DNA of 64,000 nucleotides, from positions 36,552 to 100,551 of the forward strand of contig JBDLTF010000002.1 of NCBI GenBank assembly GCA_039799225.1. The letters run 5' to 3'. Below are positions 57,362-64,000 of this stretch, piece after piece (within the stretch, counting starts at the first letter, position 1; each line of letters begins with the position of its first letter). The position numbers were made by a program, and so were the translations under genes. The notes beneath the pieces are model-generated. The model was given only the letters and a program-made list of their open reading frames with translations, ran no database searches and was not told the origin of the DNA. Origin of the DNA: Candidatus Parcubacteria bacterium (lineage in GTDB: Bacteria > Patescibacteriota > Minisyncoccia > Phycocordibacterales > PALSA-1337).

Positions 57362-57611
57362 TATGATATATGCCCTGTGGGCTTAATCCCACCGATAGGC
57401 CTATATGTATACGATACAGAGGCAAACAATGAGAGAGTTACTAGATATATACTATAAACCATCCTTCAGAAAAAGTCAACTTTCCCTATTGACATCCCTA
57501 GAAGCCGGTGGTAGCCTTGTCGATGGATAGTCATTCAAAAGTCGTGCCGTCTCTCCCGGTATGCGCCGTGAGAAACCCGGAAACACTCAATAGTTCGTTA
57601 CCAAACCCCAT

Positions 57612-57938
57612 ATGAAGAAGTCTGCATCTCTCCCCCAGGTCATTGTCTCTCAAATGACGACCCCTCCCGGTCGCCAGGCGAACGGTAAATCACGGATGAT
57701 TCATATCCGTAAACAGATCAAGGACGCGTTGGAAAATCTCATGAGTACTGGCGGCGCGTCACACGTCGTGATCGATCCGATCAAATACATCGGCGCCACC
57801 ATCCTCAAGATCAGCAACAACGCCGCACAAGCTGTGTTCGAAATTATTATCTGTACGTATCGGCGCCTGTGCGACACGGCTGACAAGACCCGGAAGATCC
57901 GGATCATCGTCCCCCACGCCATTCCGGCAAACAACTAA
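57612..57938 (+). CDS. hypothetical protein (108 aa)
   Basis: ORF track; followed by terminator. Confidence 0.4.
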   Translation: MKKSASLPQVIVSQMTTPPGRQANGKSRMIHIRKQIKDALENLMSTGGASHVVIDPIKYIGATILKISNNAAQAVFEIIICTYRRLCDTADKTRKIRIIVPHAIPANN

Positions 57939-57953
57939 GAAGCTTCTCATATC

Positions 57954-57990
57954 ACACCGCCCTCTCTTCGGAGATGGGCGGTTTTATTTT
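57954..57990. terminator. bidirectional terminator (ACCGCCC-...-GGGCGGT + T-run)
   Basis: hairpin + ttttatttt. Confidence 0.6.
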
Positions 57991-58010
57991 GGCGAGCGAC
58001 CCAACTTATT

Positions 58011-59816
58011 TTATTCCTGCGTTCCCTTCTTCTTGAAATATCCAAGTAGCACGCGCGCGAGTTGAATATCACGGAATGAACTCATACCCTTGATACGTGC
58101 TTTGACCGGCGAGAGGAGTGGTGGCTTTTCATCAGACTGCTTGTCGAATACTTCTTGCAACGCTTTTTCTATCTTCATGAAATGTGGACGTGCAATACCA
58201 TCTTTGAGATACGCGATATCACTCTGTTCGAGACCTCTCTGATCTGAACCAAGCTCAATGAGCTTCTCGAGATGAGCGATAATAGTATCGGGCACCATGT
58301 CACGCGCTTCAGCAATCTCTTTCAACGATTTTCCTTTCTTGATCAGCTCAGCAGTGATTTCGAGTGTTGAGACTTTCTGTGGCTTGATTACTCCATCTTT
58401 GTCGCGACGCGTTTTCTTGCCCATACGATGCATTGGAGCAACTCTCGCTAAGAATTGGTCGTGAGCATGTTTTATTTCAGCGACATCAGTGTACTCAACA
58501 ACACTCTCAGCCTTGGCGGACAATTCACGGAGGCGCGCATCATGCTCAAGAACATCAGGATGCACCTTGAGTGCGTGCTGATTCATACCAAGAATGGAGA
58601 GACCGGCCAATGTACGCACACGAGAGAGTGCGACGTATCCCATGCCTGGCTCAAATGATTTTGAGAGATCTACTTCGACAGCATCGAGCGACATACCCTG
58701 ACTCTTGTGCACGGTGATAGCCCAGGCGAGACGGAGCGGATACTGAGAGATTTGCGCGATAATGCGACCATCATCCTCGATAGTCCAATCAGCGATCTTG
58801 ATAGCGACCTCGCGGCCATCAGGATAATCAGGAGTTGCTGCAGTGCGAATGACGGGATCAATACCCCATCCACACGAGACGATGACACCGAGCGTTCCAT
58901 TCACGTATCCTTCTTCGAAATTATTCTTCACACACATCACGCGCGCACCTTTCTTGAGACGGAGCTTATCAGGAGCGAGACATGATTTCTTGAGTGTCTC
59001 GACGAGTGGCTTCTTGCCCTTGGTAATCATTTCGTACACACACTCAGTCCCTGAAATTCTTCCGATCTCGCGTTCGTTAATAGTGTCGACATCAACATTG
59101 TGAGTATAGAGACGAGTAGGTTCGACACCGAGAGATTCTTCGGACAAGGTGACAACATTCTCTTCGCTAACAAACGATCCATCACGAGGTGTAACATGCC
59201 TAGATTTGAGAAGCTCATATGAACGTTCAGAGACTTCACCACTCCTGATGTCATTGAGAATATTCACGGACTCGTCGGTGCCCTGACGGTAATTCTCAGA
59301 GAGATAGCAAATAGAAAAGTTTCCCTGCTTCCACGAATCAGATTCGTAAATGAAGCGTGCAGTAGGCTCACCGAGACGAGAGACTGGGGGCAACTGGAAG
59401 AAATCTCCGCAGAGCACGATTTGTATTCCGCCAAAAGGCTTCTCAGTCTTCTTCATGTGACGAAGCACCTGATCGACGAGATCGAGACGGAAGTGGTGAA
59501 GCATGGAGACCTCGTCGATGATGAGTACCTGTGCTTCTTCGATCTTGCGACGCACTTGTGCACGCTCGGAAATTTCTTGGAGGTCATGTATACCGAGGCT
59601 ATCCTTGATGCCGATTCCTGCCCATGAATGAATAGTCACACCACCCATGTGTGTAGCGGCAATACCGGTCGATGCAGTGACACCGATGGGTACACCGTGC
59701 TCTTTGAGGTATTTTATATACGCGTTGACCACATACGTCTTACCCGAACCTGCAGGTCCAGTGATGAAGGCGTTCTTGCCAGTCTTGAGTATGTCGAGGG
59801 CGTGAGATTGCGTCAT
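58011..59816 (-). CDS. PIF1/RecD-family ATP-dependent DNA helicase with C-terminal HTH-like extension
   Basis: ORF track; Walker A GPAGSGKTY, LIIDEVSM, VHKSQGMSLD motif. Confidence 0.7.
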   Translation of the reverse strand: MTQSHALDILKTGKNAFITGPAGSGKTYVVNAYIKYLKEHGVPIGVTASTGIAATHMGGVTIHSWAGIGIKDSLGIHDLQEISERAQVRRKIEEAQVLIIDEVSMLHHFRLDLVDQVLRHMKKTEKPFGGIQIVLCGDFFQLPPVSRLGEPTARFIYESDSWKQGNFSICYLSENYRQGTDESVNILNDIRSGEVSERSYELLKSRHVTPRDGSFVSEENVVTLSEESLGVEPTRLYTHNVDVDTINEREIGRISGTECVYEMITKGKKPLVETLKKSCLAPDKLRLKKGARVMCVKNNFEEGYVNGTLGVIVSCGWGIDPVIRTAATPDYPDGREVAIKIADWTIEDDGRIIAQISQYPLRLAWAITVHKSQGMSLDAVEVDLSKSFEPGMGYVALSRVRTLAGLSILGMNQHALKVHPDVLEHDARLRELSAKAESVVEYTDVAEIKHAHDQFLARVAPMHRMGKKTRRDKDGVIKPQKVSTLEITAELIKKGKSLKEIAEARDMVPDTIIAHLEKLIELGSDQRGLEQSDIAYLKDGIARPHFMKIEKALQEVFDKQSDEKPPLLSPVKARIKGMSSFRDIQLARVLLGYFKKKGTQE

Positions 59817-59883
59817 GCGAGAAGTATATCAGAAATGCTTTTCGTGGCCCTCTATACAGCCCTGTAGAGCTATTTTATGATGA

Positions 59884-59913
59884 TTGACAAATAGGTATAT
59901 TGTGTGCTATAAT
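59884..59913 (+). promoter_or_regulatory. strong promoter TTGACA-18-TGcTATAAT (extended -10), ATG 17 nt downstream
   Basis: TTGACA 59884-59889, TATAAT 59908-59913. Confidence 0.55.
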
Positions 59914-59930
59914 GGTAACAGAGAAGCAGT

Positions 59931-60647
59931 ATGCCCTTGTGGGTATATGAGAGCTTCCACGGAGAACACTTACAACTACATACATTCCGCATGAAAGAAC
60001 CGAAAACGGACGTACGCAAAACCATCACGTACACAAACAGAGAATCAGCAATTGTCATGTCATTCTACCCAGAAAAGGGGTTTGGCTATGCACAAACTGA
60101 ATCTGGCGAGATCATTCACTTCAACATGAACGCCTCGCGCGTTCTCATTCGTGGTGAGTACGGACCATTCTTCACTCACGAAAAGAAGAATGTCTTCCCT
60201 GTTGAAGGGAACATCATCTGTTTCATCCGCAGGAACGATCCAGTCGAGCCCGGCAAGTATCCATCGATGTTTGTTTGGAACTTCGAGGAATCGTACAACC
60301 AATGCCTGTCGGATTGGAAGGAGATTGGCCCAGACCGTGAGGCACTGAAGAAGATTGACGAGTTGGTACGGAAGGACTCAATGCAGCCGAGCCAGAACAA
60401 TCGCACTCAGAAACAGACGCGTGTTACGAAGAATAACGCTTCTTGTCGGCCCAAAGTGCGCACCAATGGACAGCAGCGCTGGAATGATGAACCTCGTCCC
60501 GACCACGATTCGCGCAATGGTGCGATTAACTTGGCGACGGAATTCGAGATTGATGAGCCGAGTATCTACGCGCTCGCACGCGGCGCCGGTGGTAAGAATG
60601 GAAATACCCGCCAGCACCACCAACGTGCGCGTGACAAAAAGGTTTAG
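59931..60647 (+). CDS. cold-shock-domain-like OB-fold protein with long C-terminal extension
   Basis: ORF track; AIVMSFYPEKGFGYA...IIHFN aligns to Csp RNP1/RNP2 (VKWFNAEKGFGFI...VFVHF). Confidence 0.5.
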   Translation: MPLWVYESFHGEHLQLHTFRMKEPKTDVRKTITYTNRESAIVMSFYPEKGFGYAQTESGEIIHFNMNASRVLIRGEYGPFFTHEKKNVFPVEGNIICFIRRNDPVEPGKYPSMFVWNFEESYNQCLSDWKEIGPDREALKKIDELVRKDSMQPSQNNRTQKQTRVTKNNASCRPKVRTNGQQRWNDEPRPDHDSRNGAINLATEFEIDEPSIYALARGAGGKNGNTRQHHQRARDKKV

Positions 60648-60666
60648 TCACCCACATCGAAATATC

Positions 60667-60698
60667 ACACCCCGCACTGACAACAGTGCGGGGTTTTT
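60667..60698 (+). terminator. rho-independent terminator (CCCCGCACTG-acaa-CAGTGCGGGG + T-run)
   Basis: 10-bp stem + T5. Confidence 0.7.
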
Positions 60699-60755
60699 CT
60701 ATCTAAAAATAACGACATAATAGACAATACTGTGTCAACATGCTACGATGCTCCC

Positions 60756-62078
60756 ATGAAACAGACTCCCCTGAATACCCCGACATCTGAAACACCTCGA
60801 AACGCCCATGAAAGCGCGGCTGAAACAGCAGGTGAAATCTACGACGTCGCTGTGATCGGTGGCGGACCTGCAGGCATGATGGCGGCAGGACGTGCGGCAG
60901 AGCGTGGTCTCAAAGTCATCCTTCTCGAGAAGAATGATTCTCTCGGCAAGAAACTCCTCATTACTGGTGGTGGTCGCTGTAATGTCACCAACGCAGAAAT
61001 GGATACACGCACCCTCCTCGCGAAATTCAAGGATAGCGACAAATATCTTTTCTCCGCATTCGCGCAGTATGGCGTCAAAGATGCCCTCGAATTTTTCCAT
61101 TCACGCAACATGTCGACGAAGATCGAAAATGACAAGCGTGTCTTCCCTACTTCCAACAAAGCTCAGTCAGTCTGGGATGTGCTTGTTGAATATATGAAGA
61201 CGGGCGTAGTCACCGTGAAGTCTGATGCGCCTGCGACAGGATTTGTCGTCAAAGATAAGAAAATATCCGCACTCAAACTCAAGGATGGATCCCTCATTCA
61301 TGCCAAGAGCTTCGTGCTCGCAACTGGTGGTAAATCGCATCCAGAAACAGGATCGACCGGCGATGGATTTAAATGGCTCAAGGAGTTGGGTCATGCCGTC
61401 TCCGAACCGCGTGCAGCACTCGTACCCGTGAAGTCTTCTGATGACTGGGTGAAGAATCTCTCAGGATTCTCATTGCCGACTGCCAAGATCACCCTCTTCC
61501 AGAATGGCGCGAAAGTTCCAGGCAAGCAGTCAGTGAAGAAAGGTAAGGTGCTCTTCACGCACTTCGGACTCTCTGGACCCGCAGTACTCAACATGAGCTC
61601 GGAGATCGACGAGCTTCTCAAGTATGGTGAGGTCATCTTGTCACTCGACTTGCTCCCTTCTCATGATCATGGAACATTGAATGAGGCTCTGCAGAAACTT
61701 TTCAAGAAACAGAGCAACAAGCTCTTCAAGAATGCGATCTCAACACTCATTCCTGCTCCACTCATTCCTGCTGTCATGGAACTCTCGAAGATCGATGATG
61801 AAATCCCGTGCAACAGCGTCACTCGCGAAGATCGTCTCGCGTTGATCACTCTCCTCAAGGGTATGCCGATCAACTTGGTCGGACTTCTTGGCGCTGACAA
61901 GGCTATCATCACTTCAGGTGGTGTCTCACTCGATGAGATCGACTGGAAGACTATGGGTTCACGTCTTATCTCAAACCTCCACATTGTCGGCGACTTGCTC
62001 GATATCGATAGGCCGTCAGGAGGATACAGTCTCCAGCTTTGTTGGACGACGGGATGGGTCGCAGGAACTGCGGCTTAG
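60756..62078 (+). CDS. HI0933-like NAD(P)/FAD-dependent oxidoreductase (BaiN/aminoacetone oxidase family)
   Basis: ORF track; YDVAVIGGGPAGMMAA FAD fold + GGGRCNVTN motif. Confidence 0.75.
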   Translation: MKQTPLNTPTSETPRNAHESAAETAGEIYDVAVIGGGPAGMMAAGRAAERGLKVILLEKNDSLGKKLLITGGGRCNVTNAEMDTRTLLAKFKDSDKYLFSAFAQYGVKDALEFFHSRNMSTKIENDKRVFPTSNKAQSVWDVLVEYMKTGVVTVKSDAPATGFVVKDKKISALKLKDGSLIHAKSFVLATGGKSHPETGSTGDGFKWLKELGHAVSEPRAALVPVKSSDDWVKNLSGFSLPTAKITLFQNGAKVPGKQSVKKGKVLFTHFGLSGPAVLNMSSEIDELLKYGEVILSLDLLPSHDHGTLNEALQKLFKKQSNKLFKNAISTLIPAPLIPAVMELSKIDDEIPCNSVTREDRLALITLLKGMPINLVGLLGADKAIITSGGVSLDEIDWKTMGSRLISNLHIVGDLLDIDRPSGGYSLQLCWTTGWVAGTAA

Positions 62079-62641
62079 TCTAGACCCCTCAATCTCTTCT
62101 GTAATTTTTTGTATTCCGGCACAGCTCTTGCCACCAGCTCCCAAAATTTCTTTGAATGATTGAGCTCGCCAATATGACAGAGCTCGTGTACAACCACATA
62201 GTCGCGAAGCTCGTCGGGCACTAAGATGAGCTTGTAATTGAAATTGATATTCCCTTTCGCAGAGCATGAACCCCAGCGAGAATGTTGGTCGCGGATGGAG
62301 ATTCGTCCGTATTTGAAATCATATACTCTGTTGAAATGTTCGAGGCGCTCAGTCAGTATGACGAGCGCTTTTTGTTTGAGCGCTTTGAATTCACGGCGAT
62401 CTCTTTTGTGGAGAAGCAAACTATATGCGCCCACTGGATTCTTGGCGAAACGGATCTGTTTCTCCTTGATCCATGAGGCTTTCCTGGTGACAAATCGTTC
62501 GATGAGCATGAGCGGCATCAGCGGTGACGCACTAACAGTGACTTCTCCAGTATAACGCACAGCGATAGAGATAGATCGCTTGCGACGACGGATGAGGGTG
62601 TATGAGATCCCAGCGGCGGAATGGGTCGGGTGCGTGAGCAT
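62075..62641 (-). CDS. YgjP/DUF45-family (M48-like, HELCH) metal-dependent hydrolase
   Basis: ORF track; HELCHIGELNH zinc motif. Confidence 0.65.
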   Translation of the reverse strand: MLTHPTHSAAGISYTLIRRRKRSISIAVRYTGEVTVSASPLMPLMLIERFVTRKASWIKEKQIRFAKNPVGAYSLLLHKRDRREFKALKQKALVILTERLEHFNRVYDFKYGRISIRDQHSRWGSCSAKGNINFNYKLILVPDELRDYVVVHELCHIGELNHSKKFWELVARAVPEYKKLQKRLRGLD

Positions 62642-62734
62642 GGGTGGTAGTATAGCGTAATTGACATCAGGATACTGGAGGAATATGCTTATCTTTAGAG
62701 AAATTCAACCACGTACAGGAAAGGGATATCACTT

Positions 62735-63154
62735 ATGAAAGGTAGCTTAATCACATTTGATGACCTGCAGTATCGGCAAGAGATTGATATCATTGGCGGT
62801 ACCGTCGAGGTAGATTTCGATCGAACTATCTATCGAGGAGAGGTGGATGATCTATTCTGGTGGCCACATCATCTAAGAAAGATCAACTGGATAAACAGTG
62901 TCCAGTGGTGCGCCCCTCAAGGAACATGGGTACCGAGTGATAAAGATGGGACCTATCATGTAAGATTCAAAATGAACTCCATTGAATTCTTCACCGGACC
63001 GTTCGAAATTGATACTGGAGAAATCCTCATTACGTACCGTGACTATACTGGCAAGATCACTGCCATAACACTGTTCCCTCGAGGATGCATTCCTCCTGAC
63101 GGGCTTTGTGGAGGACAACGATTCGAACTGCTCAATCAACATCTAAAAGGATGA
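62735..63154 (+). CDS. hypothetical protein (139 aa)
   Basis: ORF track; TTGACA-17-TATGCT upstream. Confidence 0.4.
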   Translation: MKGSLITFDDLQYRQEIDIIGGTVEVDFDRTIYRGEVDDLFWWPHHLRKINWINSVQWCAPQGTWVPSDKDGTYHVRFKMNSIEFFTGPFEIDTGEILITYRDYTGKITAITLFPRGCIPPDGLCGGQRFELLNQHLKG

Positions 63155-63184
63155 GAAACACCCCGCTCTTACTCAGCGGGTTTT

Positions 63185-63748
63185 TTATTTCTTGAAAAAA
63201 TTGAGGACTGCTTGGCGCCTCTCATCACTCAACGAGAAAAATATACTTGAGATTGCTGCTGCAATTATGACGATAACACCTGAGCCATGAACGAAACTGG
63301 CAATACTATCTGTGTAGTTGAGAAGGTTCATCTGTGAAAGAAGATAATTCCAGTCATGCATAACACTGTCCCCTCCAAGGAGTGGTAACTGCTGTCTGAC
63401 TGCATCGCCGAGATAGGTAGCTACATTGATGATATTCTGTCCAACCCAGAATGCGACAATAGATCCAGAAAAATATTGGCGACGCACGAAGAAATATCCG
63501 GTGAATATAGCTGGCAGAATGACTTGGAGGAATGAACCACCGAGCACCTGCAAGAACTGACCGAAGAACATGAATATGAAGTGTCCTGCTTCATGGATGA
63601 CGAGATCCACATTGTCTATGAAATTCCAATTCTCCAGAGCATGACTCGGATCGCCGAAAGCGTATGAAATGAAATACCATCCAAGTATTAGAGCACCTAT
63701 GAGTTTACCTGCAGATACGGAATGTGTGTGAGACTCGGAAGGATTCAT
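63185..63748 (-). CDS. membrane HExxH protein (Peptidase_M50B-like)
   Basis: ORF track; HEAGH motif in TM context; start at ATG overlapping upstream stop (ATGA). Confidence 0.45.
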   Translation of the reverse strand: MNPSESHTHSVSAGKLIGALILGWYFISYAFGDPSHALENWNFIDNVDLVIHEAGHFIFMFFGQFLQVLGGSFLQVILPAIFTGYFFVRRQYFSGSIVAFWVGQNIINVATYLGDAVRQQLPLLGGDSVMHDWNYLLSQMNLLNYTDSIASFVHGSGVIVIIAAAISSIFFSLSDERRQAVLNFFKK

Positions 63749-63987
63749 CCTTGAATCATAGCAATCTTCTCTCCCCTCGTCAGCCTCTTCCATTCAGCTT
63801 CGACTGCTCGTGCTCGCGCAAGCGTGCGGAATTTCTTGCTATAGACCATGACAACCGGACGACGAATCTTGGTGTAGTGAGCTCCCGACTTGAGATTATT
63901 GTGCGCATGGAGACGACCCTTGAGATCGGTAGTATATCCGCTGTAGTAGGTGCCGTCGGCGCATTCGAGGATGTAGGCGTAGTGCAT
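63745..63987 (-). CDS. GIY-YIG nuclease family (YhbQ/UPF0213-like) protein
   Basis: ORF track; YAYILECADGTYYSGYTTDLKGRLHAHN GIY-YIG signature. Confidence 0.6.
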   Translation of the reverse strand: MHYAYILECADGTYYSGYTTDLKGRLHAHNNLKSGAHYTKIRRPVVMVYSKKFRTLARARAVEAEWKRLTRGEKIAMIQG

Positions 63988-64000
63988 GAGTTATATGATA

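Noticed and set aside
62685-62738. 17-aa upstream ORF (MLIFREIQPRTGKGYHL) preceded by GGAGG and overlapping the start of the 62735 gene
   Set aside because: The GGAGG is only 3 nt from the ATG and lies inside the spacer of the likely TTGACA-17-TATGCT promoter, so it would not be in the mRNA.
1-64000. Prophage, integrative element or transposon explaining the consensus-promoter genes
   Set aside because: No integrase, transposase, recombinase, phage structural genes or tRNA-adjacent att-like direct repeats were found. The acquired-gene hypothesis rests only on expression-signal and composition differences.

Overview
This looks like a 64-kb chromosomal segment of a small-genome bacterium, about 48% GC by eye. 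Gene content is streamlined: short DnaE (1060 aa), short IF2, a four-domain S1 protein, AspRS without the GAD insertion, and many DedA, DoxX and DUF membrane proteins. This profile is compatible with Patescibacteria/CPR, but that is a tentative guess.

The core is housekeeping: gyrA, rpsA, pth, lepB, hisS, yqeY, infB-rbfA, rnhB, dnaE, gpmI, lepA, murJ, nrdJ (class II RNR), aspS, msrAB, nrnA, ppiB, a DEAD-box helicase and a PIF1-family helicase.

RNA genes and regulatory sites:
- tRNA-Cys(GCA), tRNA-Leu(UAA) and tRNA-Gly(CCC)
- a type-A RNase P RNA (rnpB) on the minus strand at about 32.7-33.07 kb
- a copper-resistance operon (csoR-copA-HMA/CcdA-cupredoxin) with a near-perfect CsoR operator palindrome
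- an ECF sigma/anti-sigma module
- many clean rho-independent terminators, one of them duplicated almost verbatim

Most housekeeping genes lack Shine-Dalgarno sequences, and several look leaderless, with a -10 box 7-17 nt from the ATG. A scattered set of unknown-function genes carries textbook TTGACA-17-TATAAT promoters plus AAGGAG-type RBSs.

Candidates worth follow-up:
- a two-gene unknown module at 11.1-12.1 kb
- a Cas4/RecB-like PD-(D/E)xK nuclease, an orphan highly expressed small ORF and a minimal MGMT at 37.6-39.5 kb
- a tightly packed SMR-SET-micropeptide-sensor kinase operon
- a 34-bp perfect inverted repeat enclosing a palindromic terminator
- a phased DnaA-box-like array immediately after dnaE
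- tandem lysine-rich micro-ORFs

No CRISPR array, integrase or transposase was seen.
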